NCBI GenBank assembly: GCA_930991035.1
Contig: CAKNRV010000003.1
Coordinates: 1,097-65,096 of the forward strand
Length of the DNA stretch: 64,000 nucleotides
Direction: 5' to 3'
Origin: an uncultured Clostridium sp.
GTDB lineage: Bacteria; Bacillota; Clostridia; TANB77; CAG-508
Below are positions 9,845 through 19,311 of this stretch, piece after piece (the stretch's first letter is position 1; each line of letters begins with the position of its first letter). Position numbers and translations under genes: made by a program. The notes beneath the pieces are model-generated. The model was not told the DNA's origin. It searched no databases and saw only the letters and a list, made by a program, of their open reading frames with translations.

Positions 9845-10000
9845 ATGGGAATTGTAATTTTCTTAGCTTCAATCTACGTTTTTTTAGAAACCGCTATAAC
9901 TGGATATGTTGAATATAAAGATAATAATAAAAAAGTTGGAATTATTTTATACATCTTAGCTATTTTTTGTTTAATAGTTCCAAATTTAATTCCAATTTAA
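9845..10000 (+). CDS. Possible small two-TM membrane protein (51 aa), not in the ORF track
   Basis: GGAGGT lies 4 nt before the ATG at 9845. Translation is MGIVIFLASIYVFLETAITGYVEYKDNNKKVGIILYILAIFCLIVPNLIPI, two hydrophobic helices with a KDNNKK loop. A stem-loop follows. Confidence 0.4.
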   Translation: MGIVIFLASIYVFLETAITGYVEYKDNNKKVGIILYILAIFCLIVPNLIPI

Positions 10001-10008
10001 CAATAAAA

Positions 10009-10043
10009 TCTAGGCAATATGTATGTTGTAAATATTGCCTAGA
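10009..10043 (-). terminator. Intrinsic terminator of rnr (also closes the convergent small ORF)
   Basis: 12-bp stem: tctaggcaatat (10009-10020) pairs with atattgcctaga (10032-10043). On the minus strand it is followed by TTTTATTG. Confidence 0.7.
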
Positions 10044-10057
10044 TAACAAATTAAAAA

Positions 10058-11947
10058 CTATTGTTCAGTAACTACCTTTTCAAAGTCAATCTGCCTACTT
10101 TGTTTATCTGCTCTAATAACTCTGATTTTCATTTTATCTCCAATATGATAAGTAACCTTTGTCTTTTCTCCCACTAAAGTTTTTCTGTCACCGTCGTAAA
10201 TAAAGTACTCGTCACCTAATTTATCAAATCTAATCATACCCTCTACTGTATTTTCCAATTCTACGAATATTCCAAAAGATGTGATGCTTGATATAATTCC
10301 GTCGTATTCTTCCCCAATATGTTGCTCCATATACTCTGCCATTTTTAGGTCTACACTCTCTCTTTCAACCTTTTGAGCTATTTTCTCTCTTTCAGAAGAA
10401 GTCTCTGCATATTTGGTTGTTTGAGAACCATATATAGCTTTTTCTTCTTCAGACAAATTATAGCCCTGACTTAAATATTTTGAAATTATTCTATGAATAA
10501 ACAAATCAGGATATCTTCTTATAGGAGATGTAAAATGGCAATAGTATTTGCTTGCAATTCCAAAATGTCCTTTATTTTCACTCTCATACCTTGCAACTTT
10601 TAATGTTCTTAAAACCAAATTTGATATAACCATTTCCTCTGGCTTTCCTTTTATTTTGTTTAGCACATCTGCAAAAGCTGTTGGATGCACCTCTTCTTTG
10701 CCACATTTTACTCTGTAGCCTAAATTAAATAAAAATTTATTAAGCTCAGTCACCTTCTCTATATCTGGAGCTTCGTGCACTCTATAAATAAATGGCGCTT
10801 CTAGCCAGAAAAATTTTTCTGCAACAGTTTCATTTGCTGTAAGCATAAATTGCTCTATTATTTCGTTAGAAAAATGCATCTCGTACTTTTGTATATCTAC
10901 TGCTACTCCATTTTTATCTAAAATAACTTTAGTTTCTGGAATATCCAAGTTTAAACTTCCTTCTTTTTCTCTCCTTGCCTTTAAAATATGTGCCAATTCT
11001 TCCATTCTTTTAAAATGTTCTACATATTTATCATATTTTTTAACTACTTCTTTATCTGAGTTGTCTAATATTTTTTGAACATCGTTATAATTCATTCTTT
11101 CTGTGACATTTATCACACTTTTAAAAATATCAGAAGATACAACTTGTCCTTTTGGATTAATTTCCATTATTACTGATATTGCAAGTCTGTCTTTACCAGC
11201 ATTTAAGCTACAAATTCCATTTGAAAGCTCTACTGGAAGCATTGGAATAACCCTATCTAGCATATACACACTCGTTCCTCTTAAAATAGCCTCTTGGTCT
11301 AAAAAAGTTCCTTCTTTTACATAATGGCTAACATCTGCAATATGAACACCTAAAATATAATTTCCATTATCTAGTTTTGTAACATTTACAGCATCGTCTA
11401 AATCCTTTGCATCTTCTCCATCTATTGTAAAAATCTCTTCATTTCGTAAATCTTTTCTATTTTTTATATCAGTGTCGTCAAGCTGTTGTTTTATACTTTT
11501 AGCTTGTTTTATTACAGGTTCTGGAAACTCATAAGGCAAATTGTATTCTTTGATTAGTGACATCATATCAACGCCTGCCTGATTAATGTTACCTATAATC
11601 TCTACAATCTTTCCTTCCATCTTCATTCCTTTTTGAGGCAATTTTGTAATTTGTACAACAACCTTTTGATTATTTTTTGCTTTCATAAAATGTTTCTTAG
11701 ACACAAATATATCCGTTCCTAGCTTTTTATTATCTGGTACTACAAAGCCAAAATTTCTGCTCTTTTTAAAAGTTCCAACAACAGTGTCTTTTAGTTTTAG
11801 AATGTTTTCACTTAATGTGTTTTCGTCTTTGCTTGTTTTATTAGGATTACTTGCTTTATTTTTTATTATGTCAATTTTTTGCTTATTCATATAAGCTTTT
11901 TTATTATTGTTTTTTGTATGAAAATATTTATGATTTTTATACTTCAA
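10058..11947 (-). CDS. rnr: Ribonuclease R
   Basis: 629 aa. It has a cold-shock-like N-domain (GFVVPDNKKLGTDIFV), an RNB catalytic region (IDGEDAKDLDDAV, HFTSPIRRYPDL) and a C-terminal S1 domain (ITSFGIFVELE). Confidence 0.9.
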   Translation of the reverse strand: MKYKNHKYFHTKNNNKKAYMNKQKIDIIKNKASNPNKTSKDENTLSENILKLKDTVVGTFKKSRNFGFVVPDNKKLGTDIFVSKKHFMKAKNNQKVVVQITKLPQKGMKMEGKIVEIIGNINQAGVDMMSLIKEYNLPYEFPEPVIKQAKSIKQQLDDTDIKNRKDLRNEEIFTIDGEDAKDLDDAVNVTKLDNGNYILGVHIADVSHYVKEGTFLDQEAILRGTSVYMLDRVIPMLPVELSNGICSLNAGKDRLAISVIMEINPKGQVVSSDIFKSVINVTERMNYNDVQKILDNSDKEVVKKYDKYVEHFKRMEELAHILKARREKEGSLNLDIPETKVILDKNGVAVDIQKYEMHFSNEIIEQFMLTANETVAEKFFWLEAPFIYRVHEAPDIEKVTELNKFLFNLGYRVKCGKEEVHPTAFADVLNKIKGKPEEMVISNLVLRTLKVARYESENKGHFGIASKYYCHFTSPIRRYPDLFIHRIISKYLSQGYNLSEEEKAIYGSQTTKYAETSSEREKIAQKVERESVDLKMAEYMEQHIGEEYDGIISSITSFGIFVELENTVEGMIRFDKLGDEYFIYDGDRKTLVGEKTKVTYHIGDKMKIRVIRADKQSRQIDFEKVVTEQ

Positions 11948-11994
11948 ATTTTTACCTTCTTTCTTTTTTGGTTATAACCCAAAAATCATGTCAA

Positions 11995-12033
11995 CAAAAA
12001 GAACATATACAAATTTTATATTTATATATGTTC
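11995..12033 (-). terminator. Intrinsic terminator of secG
   Basis: gaacatata (12001-12009) pairs with tatatgttc (12025-12033). On the minus strand it is followed by TTTTTGTTG. Confidence 0.7.
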
Positions 12034-12055
12034 CTTAATTTTATCTAATATAATA

Positions 12056-12307
12056 TTACATTACAAACAATATTGAAAGTGCAATTGCAAAAATTACAAA
12101 TAATACTCCAAAGATTACAGTAAATCTTTTTAGTCTTCCCTCTCTTGTTCTACCTTTGTTTTGCTCATAGAAATTATTTGCTCCTGCACCTGTAACTGTC
12201 TGAGATGCTCCACTATTTTCTCTTGTTTGGATAGTAGCAAGTACTATTAATATTATACAAACTAAAACATATATAACTAAAACTACATTTCTTATTATTT
12301 CAACCAT
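12056..12307 (-). CDS. secG: Preprotein translocase subunit SecG
   Basis: The ORF-track ORF is trimmed to the internal ATG at 12307, which is preceded by AGGAAGGA. Product MVEIIRNVVLVIYVLVCIILIVLATIQTRENSGAS...FGVLFVIFAIALSILFVM has two TM helices with a G/S/T-rich loop and typical SecG size. Confidence 0.85.
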   Translation of the reverse strand: MVEIIRNVVLVIYVLVCIILIVLATIQTRENSGASQTVTGAGANNFYEQNKGRTREGRLKRFTVIFGVLFVIFAIALSILFVM

Positions 12308-12422
12308 TTTATTCAATTCCTTCCTTTTATTTATCCGTTTCGTATATAACGTATTATATTGTATCATATAAAAATGTACTTTTCAAGAGATTTTATTACA
12401 TTTTTATGGTAAATTTTTGTTA

Positions 12423-12812
12423 TTAGAAAATATTTTTCACATTCAACTTTGTCTTATCTTGTATATGCTCCAAAATAAACATACATTTTTCCAATTCTGG
12501 TACCACTTCGTCATATTTTTCTATCTCACTAAAACCTTTCATTGCATATATTTGCGTTTCAACCTTTTCTAATTCGTCGTGTTCTATATAATATGCTAAT
12601 TTTTGTTGGAATTCATTCCAATTATCTTCTATCTTTTGTAATCTGTTAGATATCTTTTCTTTATCGACATCTTCTGATAAACTTGCTTCTTTTAAAACTT
12701 CTAAATTTTCGTTCATTGAAGCAACACATTGTTTTGTATAATTTTGTGTAATAACATTAGCTATTACTATAATTGAAATTATTAATATACAAATAATTAA
12801 TTCTTTTTTCAT
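12423..12812 (-). CDS. DUF4363 family protein
   Basis: N-terminal anchor. The C-terminal pattern IEDNWNEFQQKLAYYIEHDELEKVE...ILEHI...NIF is typical of DUF4363, and it has the usual partner position downstream of a DUF421 gene. Start is probably ATG at 12812 (TTG at 12821 in the track). Confidence 0.75.
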   Translation of the reverse strand: MKKELIICILIISIIVIANVITQNYTKQCVASMNENLEVLKEASLSEDVDKEKISNRLQKIEDNWNEFQQKLAYYIEHDELEKVETQIYAMKGFSEIEKYDEVVPELEKCMFILEHIQDKTKLNVKNIF

Positions 12813-12814
12813 TT

Positions 12815-13501
12815 TTAGCAATCCTTTCTTTTCTTCTGCTTTTCTTGGCAGAAAAAGTTTCCCTTTCCATCTATTGTTACAAGCAACGCCTGTTCAGGTT
12901 CTATTCCAAACTTGTTAACTTGTTTTTTTAACCAGTCATAATCCTTTTTTAATATTTTTAAATTATCAACCATAACTTTGCCATCTAAAACCAAGTCATA
13001 CGCCAATCCTTCGTAAGTTTCTTCTAATTTTAAGTCTTCTACTGTGACATTTTTCTTACCTGGCTTTAAAATTACCGTAATTTGTCCACTTGTTTCTAAT
13101 ATTGCATATTCCACATCTCCTATATTTACTACATTGTTTGCTCTTAATCTTTCCTCTAATTCATTTACAGTAAATCTTTCTTTTTTTAATGTTTTTTCGT
13201 CTATTTTTCCTCTATATATTAATATAGAGGGTTTTCCACAGAGTATTTGTCTTGCTTTAATACTTTTTATATTAAGTAGTGAAATTGTTAAATGCATTAC
13301 CAGTAATGCTAAGATTGGTATTATTCCATTTGTTATTGGTATTCCTGCATCTGCCATTGGTGTAGATGCCAAGTCCGCTATCATTATGGAGATTGCAAGT
13401 TCAAATGGTTGAAGCTGTCCAATTTCTCTTTTTCCCATTAATCTCATTACAATTAAAACAATTATATAGAGAAGGACTGATCTAATAAATGTAATAAGCA
13501 T
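12815..13501 (-). CDS. DUF421 (YetF-like) membrane protein
   Basis: The N-terminus LLYIIVLIVMRLMGKREIGQLQPFELAISIMIADLAS is the characteristic DUF421 opening. 228 aa. Confidence 0.85.
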   Translation of the reverse strand: MLITFIRSVLLYIIVLIVMRLMGKREIGQLQPFELAISIMIADLASTPMADAGIPITNGIIPILALLVMHLTISLLNIKSIKARQILCGKPSILIYRGKIDEKTLKKERFTVNELEERLRANNVVNIGDVEYAILETSGQITVILKPGKKNVTVEDLKLEETYEGLAYDLVLDGKVMVDNLKILKKDYDWLKKQVNKFGIEPEQALLVTIDGKGNFFCQEKQKKRKDC

Positions 13502-13619
13502 ATATTTTTTCCTTTCTAAATAAATTTGCTTTTTATCAATTTATTTTTAGTTTTTGCAAATTTTTTTTATTTATTCAAAAGAAATTGTATAAAAAATTTT
13601 TTTTCGTTCATAATACTAC

Positions 13620-13770
13620 TAATATCAAAGATTATTTTTAAATTTGTTTTTTTTACTAGAAAAACTGCGTTTTTATAAATTGTAATTCCGCTATTAAATA
13701 ATTAAATAAAAAGTTTTACCTTACTTTCGTTTTCTTTTGTTTTTTATAATAAAAATAATCTTTGATATTA
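13620..13770. repeat. 21-bp perfect inverted repeat flanking a 109-bp segment
   Basis: taatatcaaagattattttta (13620-13640) is the exact reverse complement of taaaaataatctttgatatta (13750-13770). Confidence 0.9.
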
Positions 13771-13837
13771 ATTTTTATAACCTATTACATTATATACATT
13801 TGCAATAATCTGTTTAAATGGATTAAAGGAGGTTTAT

Positions 13838-14203
13838 ATGGAAAATAATCAAGCTCAAGCAAGAGGCAACACCTCAACAGTTTGGCAAATTGTAGGAAGA
13901 CTTGTTACAGCTGCAATAGTTTTAGCAATAACAGCCTTTTTTACACCTGGTTTTCAAATAAGCAATATATGGGCTTTAGCCGCTGCTGCGGTAGTTCTTA
14001 CTGTTATAGATTTTCTAATTACTAAATTCACTGGTTTACATGCAAGTGCTTTTGGTAAAGGATTTGTAGGATTTGTTTTAGCAGCAGTTGTTCTATATGT
14101 TACTCAATATTTTGTTGCAGGATATACTATATCTTGGATAGCAGCAATAGTAGGTGCATTAATTTACGGTGTTGTAGATTACTTTTTACCAGGAGAAGCA
14201 TAG
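13838..14203 (+). CDS. Small 4-TM membrane protein (holin-superfamily-IV / YvlD-like or DUF2512-like)
   Basis: SD AAGGAGG lies 6 nt upstream. 121 aa with an internally duplicated pattern (FTPGFQISNIWALAAAAVVL / VAGYTISWIAAIVGALIYG). The family assignment is tentative. Confidence 0.6.
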   Translation: MENNQAQARGNTSTVWQIVGRLVTAAIVLAITAFFTPGFQISNIWALAAAAVVLTVIDFLITKFTGLHASAFGKGFVGFVLAAVVLYVTQYFVAGYTISWIAAIVGALIYGVVDYFLPGEA

Positions 14204-14236
14204 GAATTGATAAATTGGATGCTCCCCCATTTATCA

Positions 14237-14275
14237 CAAAAAGAAGAGTGACGAAATTCACTCTTCTTTTCTATT
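14237..14275. terminator. Bidirectional intrinsic terminator between convergent genes
   Basis: aagaagagtg (14241-14250) pairs with cactcttctt (14259-14268), flanked by AAAA on the left and TTCTATT on the right. Confidence 0.7.
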
Positions 14276-14357
14276 AATTATTCTATTAGCAAGATGTTCT
14301 TATATATTTTATTTTCGAAAATATAAATTATAAATAAGAATATCTTGCTTTTTAAAC

Positions 14358-14888
14358 TTATTCTGTAACAAGTGTATAAGTAATACTTGTAATCACATCA
14401 TTTTCCACTATAAATGCTAGCTCTACATTTCCACTAACATAAGTGTATTGATTTCCAACTTGCTCATAGTTTTCTCCATAAGCATTTGTCATTGCAGAAA
14501 TATTGTCAGCTATTTTTACACCTTCATTTGTTGTAATTTGGTCGTCTATAAAATATACTGAATAAATTCTTTCTTGGTCACCATCTTGATATGTTGTTAT
14601 CTCGTAAGAAGTATATGTATAAACTTTGTCTGTTCCTTCAAATGCACAACTTGGTATTTCAGAAAGTTGATTTGGCTCTCCAAATGTTTCTTGTGTAAAT
14701 ACTGTACTTGGAGTCATATCTTTTCCTTCAACTTCTAATTTGTATTGTGTCTCTTGCACACTGCTTTCTTGGTTTACAGCATTTTCTCCAGATGTAGGTT
14801 CTGCTTCTTTATTAACATTAAAATATATTACTACACCTACTGCAACAACTATTATTAATAAAATAACTACAATAACTGATTTTTTCAT
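14358..14888 (-). CDS. Hypothetical secreted or membrane-anchored protein
   Basis: 176 aa. SD AAAGGAGGAG upstream, N-terminal TM/signal helix, no motif recognised. Confidence 0.6.
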   Translation of the reverse strand: MKKSVIVVILLIIVVAVGVVIYFNVNKEAEPTSGENAVNQESSVQETQYKLEVEGKDMTPSTVFTQETFGEPNQLSEIPSCAFEGTDKVYTYTSYEITTYQDGDQERIYSVYFIDDQITTNEGVKIADNISAMTNAYGENYEQVGNQYTYVSGNVELAFIVENDVITSITYTLVTE

Positions 14889-14976
14889 TAAAACTCCTCC
14901 TTTTGTTTTTTCTTATAATATCAGAAGTTTCGCTATTGTTCAAGTGTAAAAAGCAATTTTTTCATTATTTTTGCAC

Positions 14977-15969
14977 TTACTCTGATACATATTCCTTATA
15001 TTCTTTTAATTTTTGTTCATACAATGGGTCGCCCTTGTAATTTGTTAAATCATAATTTTCCATTAATATATTTGCAAAAAATTCAGATAGCTTTGTTGCT
15101 CCAGTAAGGTTTAAATGTAAGCCTCCATCATAAGTATCTACTGAATAATCTATTCCTATTTCGTCCACATAATTTTTTAGGTTATAGTAATCTACATTGT
15201 TTTCTTCTGCGTATTTTTGCATTTGTTCGTCATATTCGTCATACCAGTATGGATATAAACTTGGTGCTTTTATTAGTACTAATTGTATTCCGTTGTCTTT
15301 ACATAATTTTGTTATTTTATCTAAATAATCATAACAGATATCTTCAAATTGATAACTTGCAAGTTTTCTTTGTACTGGTAAGTCACCTGCTGGTTTTATG
15401 TTTTTGTTTACTAAGAATCCATTAAATGTATTATCTTTTCTTTTAAACAAATATTCAAAATCTTCTTCTGTAAGTTTATCATATCTTGAGTGGTATCTAA
15501 GTATTGGAAATATGTAATACCAAATGTTTTCGTCTTCTGTCATAGAAGCTTTTATAATATCCATTTTTTGTTTTGACCATTTCATATAGTCTATTGTAAG
15601 TCTGTTGTATTCTTCACTAACCGGCTCTGAGTATCTTAAAGCATTTACATTAAATACTACAACTTTTGGTGTTTCGTATTTTAGTGTTTCTTCTAAAATT
15701 GAATATGACTGCCAAACTAGTTGTTGAGACGATCCTCTAACATACGCCTTTATTCCTTCTTCTTCGTACATTACCATTGGTGAAAAGTTTGCATATACTT
15801 CGCAGTCTCCTATAAATATTACTTCGTGGTCTTTTGATTCGTTATAATATTGCGAAATCATACTTCCTTCTACTAGGCTTGTGGCATATTTAGGGCTTAG
15901 TAATCTATTAAAAAATATAAATATTAGTACAAAAATTAATATTATTAGTATAATTCTTATTTTTCTCAT
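14977..15969 (-). CDS. SGNH/DltD-like partner protein of the upstream MBOAT acyltransferase
   Basis: 330 aa with an N-terminal anchor. It starts 20 bp downstream of the MBOAT gene. Block-I-like VIFIGDCEVY and C-terminal YDGGLHLNLTG resemble SGNH-type motifs. The assignment is by context and weak motifs only. Confidence 0.5.
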   Translation of the reverse strand: MRKIRIILIILIFVLIFIFFNRLLSPKYATSLVEGSMISQYYNESKDHEVIFIGDCEVYANFSPMVMYEEEGIKAYVRGSSQQLVWQSYSILEETLKYETPKVVVFNVNALRYSEPVSEEYNRLTIDYMKWSKQKMDIIKASMTEDENIWYYIFPILRYHSRYDKLTEEDFEYLFKRKDNTFNGFLVNKNIKPAGDLPVQRKLASYQFEDICYDYLDKITKLCKDNGIQLVLIKAPSLYPYWYDEYDEQMQKYAEENNVDYYNLKNYVDEIGIDYSVDTYDGGLHLNLTGATKLSEFFANILMENYDLTNYKGDPLYEQKLKEYKEYVSE

Positions 15970-15989
15970 TTTTCAATTTGTTCCTTCTT

Positions 15990-17249
15990 TTAAAATTTAC
16001 TATAAATAAAATTGTTTACATTAAATCCAATTCCGTATATTCCTAGAATTGCTACAATTAATATCATAACTCCTATAAGTATAGTTTTCGTCTCTAATTT
16101 TGAGTTTTGCAATTTAGGAATTAGCTTGTCTTTGTTTCCGTCAAATATGAACAATATTATTGTAAATACTGCTAAAACTATCCAATCTGCTAGAGTTAAT
16201 CCTAAGTTTAATATTTGAGCTGCAACTTCTGAGTAATTAAATGTTGTAAATACTGAACCCATCATTTTTAATGCAGTTAATTGGTCTTGCCAAATAAAGA
16301 ATGCCCATAAGAATGATATTATTATAAATGTCACTAATCTATTAAATATTTTAGATTTTGTTTTAAATTTTTCTCCAAACATCACAAATATTCCATTTAA
16401 AATGCCCCAAACTATATAGTTTACGCCGTGCCACAATCCAGATACCGTAAATGTTATAAGTAAATTAATATTTTTTCTAAGTGTTCCTTTTCTATTACCT
16501 TCAAGTGGAATATATACATAATCTTTTAACCACGAGCTTAAGCTAATATGCCATCTTCTCCAGAACTCTTTTATGCTTTGAGAAAAATATGGTGCATCAA
16601 AATTTTCTACTAAGTCTATTCCAAGCATTTTTGATACTCCAAGTACAATATCTATTCCTCCACTGAAGTCTGCATATAGATTTATAGAATAAATTATCAT
16701 TGCAAGTAAGGCATATCCACCGCTATATTCTGTGCTTCCAGATATAGTAGAAATAAGTATTGCTGTTCTTCCAGCAATTACAAATTTTTTAATAAGCCCC
16801 CAGCAGATTCTTAAAAGTCCATCAAAAATATTGTTAGCTGTAATTTTTCTTTTTGCTAATAAAGTTTTTTTCATATCGTCATATCTGCTTATAGGTCCTA
16901 TAAATAGATGTGGTATATACATAATGAATAACGTAAAATTATAGAAATTAGTTTCTGGCTCGTATTTTCCTTTATATACATCAACTAAATATGAAATAAT
17001 TTGTAGTGTGTAATATGAAATTCCAAGTGGTGCTAAGATTGAAAGGTTAGTATATGGTAAAAACTTCATAAACACTAAAATCGCCAAATTTACTATGATT
17101 GTTCCAGATAATATTAGTTTTTTGTGTTTTGTTTTTAGATATTTTGCTGCTATAAATGTTGTTATTATGCTAAAAAACACGTAAAGCAAGCTTTGAATTC
17201 CAAAGCTTGCATATATTATAATACTTGCTAGTAAGAGTAGTACGTTCAT
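15990..17249 (-). CDS. MBOAT family membrane-bound O-acyltransferase (AlgI/DltB-like)
   Basis: 419 aa, polytopic. Conserved region FWRRWHISLSSWLKDYVYIPLEGNRKG ... SGLWHG contains the MBOAT catalytic His context. Confidence 0.85.
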   Translation of the reverse strand: MNVLLLLASIIIYASFGIQSLLYVFFSIITTFIAAKYLKTKHKKLILSGTIIVNLAILVFMKFLPYTNLSILAPLGISYYTLQIISYLVDVYKGKYEPETNFYNFTLFIMYIPHLFIGPISRYDDMKKTLLAKRKITANNIFDGLLRICWGLIKKFVIAGRTAILISTISGSTEYSGGYALLAMIIYSINLYADFSGGIDIVLGVSKMLGIDLVENFDAPYFSQSIKEFWRRWHISLSSWLKDYVYIPLEGNRKGTLRKNINLLITFTVSGLWHGVNYIVWGILNGIFVMFGEKFKTKSKIFNRLVTFIIISFLWAFFIWQDQLTALKMMGSVFTTFNYSEVAAQILNLGLTLADWIVLAVFTIILFIFDGNKDKLIPKLQNSKLETKTILIGVMILIVAILGIYGIGFNVNNFIYSKF

Positions 17250-17292
17250 TGCTTCCTCCTAAGTTTGTTTTAGTTTGTTGTATCTTTTCTTA

Positions 17293-19215
17293 TTATTCAG
17301 CTTTTGGGAAAGAATCTGCCCAGGTTCTTCCGTGCATTGCAGAACTATTTAATTTTTGCTCGTCAGTTAATGGACCTGTTTCGTGTCCTCCTGCTGGAGT
17401 TGCATCATAATGTCTCCAAACTCCATTTTGATATACTAAGTTCCAGTAATGTGTTCTATCTGTTGTATATATTAATTGATTCCTTATTCCTGCTTTATTC
17501 AAAGCTTTTTGTACAAGTAATGCGTGTACATAACAGTTTCCAGAATAGTTTGTTAAGCCATACCAAACTGGGTCATCTCCACCCCAACTAGAGTTATATC
17601 CAATTTTATTTTTTATAGTTGATACCATTCCTTGAACACTTTGTCCTGCTAAATAGCTGTTATAGAACTCATTAAATTTGTTATTTGTATCTTCTTGGTT
17701 GTGGTTTACTGTAACTTTTCTATTTACAGTTGTAGTATTTCCCTTTTTATCTTTGGCAGTATATTTGGCATAATATGTACCTGCCTTAGATAAATTTACG
17801 TTGCTTGTATCAACTGTAAAACTACAAGAGCCATCTCGTGCATCTACTGCACTAACTCCCCTTTTAAAGTTCACACTCGAATTTTTAGTTACACTCATAC
17901 TGCTTACTCCATAAAAAACTGGACCATCTGTATCTTTTCTAATCGTAAGAGTAGTTGTTTTTTCAACTTTATTTCCGTATTTATCTTCTGCTTCTATTAC
18001 AATATCTTGTGTCCCTATTTTAGAATAATCGATTTCAGTTTTTAAAGTGGTCTTTACATCTCCTGACGCATCTTTTACAGATTCAATAAAATCATTTTTT
18101 CCATCCACTTTTTCGTCGTCATATATGGTAACTTTCTTTAGTTTTAAGTCTGGTGCTTTTGTATCTTTTATAACTATTGTTACAGTTTCTTTAGCACCAT
18201 TTATTTCAGATACAATTTCGTACTCTCCTACTTCTTCTTTATTTATTTTATCTATATCAGATTGCTTGATTGAATCTTTATCTTCTTTATAATTTAATAA
18301 AATATCCTTTTTTTCTAATTCGTCTCCAAGCTCTAATGTAACTGATTTTTTTACTCTTGAGACGTTTAAATCACATACGTTTGTTGTTGTGTTTCCTGAT
18401 GCATCTTTTACCTCTACTGTTATTTGATAAGTTCCTATTTCATTTATTTCTGGTGGATTTACTATGCTTGTTGTCATTTCTGCCAAATCTGTTTTAGACT
18501 TTATAAAATCGTCCGCATTTAATTCATAATCCACATATTTATCTAGGTTTTGGAATTCTACAACTGGTGCTACTGTGTCAACTATATTTAAGTTTACAGT
18601 TTGTGTTATTCCGTCCCACATTAATTCTACTGTATAGCTTCCAGCTTTTGAAAAGTCAATTGTAGAAATATCTGTCACAAAACTAGCTTTTTCTTTATAT
18701 TGACTATCTTTTAAGAATTGATCCAATGTTACGCTTTCTGTTCCCAATTCAATATTTACATCTTGAAATTTTGGACTAAATCTTAAATATGCCAAATATC
18801 CTGCAACACCAATAATGACTACTAGAAGCACAATTATAACAACGCAAATTGCTTTCTTCTTACCTTTTTTCTTGTTGTTCTCATTTTCCTCACTTCTAAG
18901 TTTGCGTGTTTTTCGCTCATTTTCTTCTATATATTCTATTGTTATATCTTCTTCTGCGTGTTTAGCCCTTTTCTTGTTTTTTTCATTCTTTTGAGTTTTT
19001 GCATTATTTTTTTGTTTACTGTCTATTTTAGCTTGCTTTTTTTCTATCTTATTTTCTTTAAAACGTTTGCCTTTTTTATCATTTATATTTACAGTTTCTT
19101 TTTTGCTATCACTTTGGTCTTTGCTAATATTGCCATTATTCTCAGCATTCTCATTGTTATTCTCAGTTTCTAATTTTACTGTGCCTTCTTCATTTTCTAC
19201 TTTTGTTTCATCCAT
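17293..19215 (-). CDS. Surface protein: K/E/N-rich cytoplasmic tail, TM helix, repeated Ig-like domains, C-terminal transglutaminase-like cysteine-protease-fold domain
   Basis: Repeated DT(V/K/D)(A/G)P domain starts (DTVAPVVEF, DTKAPDLKL, DTDGPVFYG). The C-terminus GNCYVHALLV...THYWNLVY...WRHYDAT fits a Cys-His-Asp transglutaminase-like core. Confidence 0.65.
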   Translation of the reverse strand: MDETKVENEEGTVKLETENNNENAENNGNISKDQSDSKKETVNINDKKGKRFKENKIEKKQAKIDSKQKNNAKTQKNEKNKKRAKHAEEDITIEYIEENERKTRKLRSEENENNKKKGKKKAICVVIIVLLVVIIGVAGYLAYLRFSPKFQDVNIELGTESVTLDQFLKDSQYKEKASFVTDISTIDFSKAGSYTVELMWDGITQTVNLNIVDTVAPVVEFQNLDKYVDYELNADDFIKSKTDLAEMTTSIVNPPEINEIGTYQITVEVKDASGNTTTNVCDLNVSRVKKSVTLELGDELEKKDILLNYKEDKDSIKQSDIDKINKEEVGEYEIVSEINGAKETVTIVIKDTKAPDLKLKKVTIYDDEKVDGKNDFIESVKDASGDVKTTLKTEIDYSKIGTQDIVIEAEDKYGNKVEKTTTLTIRKDTDGPVFYGVSSMSVTKNSSVNFKRGVSAVDARDGSCSFTVDTSNVNLSKAGTYYAKYTAKDKKGNTTTVNRKVTVNHNQEDTNNKFNEFYNSYLAGQSVQGMVSTIKNKIGYNSSWGGDDPVWYGLTNYSGNCYVHALLVQKALNKAGIRNQLIYTTDRTHYWNLVYQNGVWRHYDATPAGGHETGPLTDEQKLNSSAMHGRTWADSFPKAE

Positions 19216-19311
19216 TTGTTTTCCCCTCTTTATTACTTTCTACTAAATTGTTCGTTGATTAGATTTTAAGTGAAGTTTAACAATGCCCTCATTGTAATCC
19301 TTTTCAGCCTT

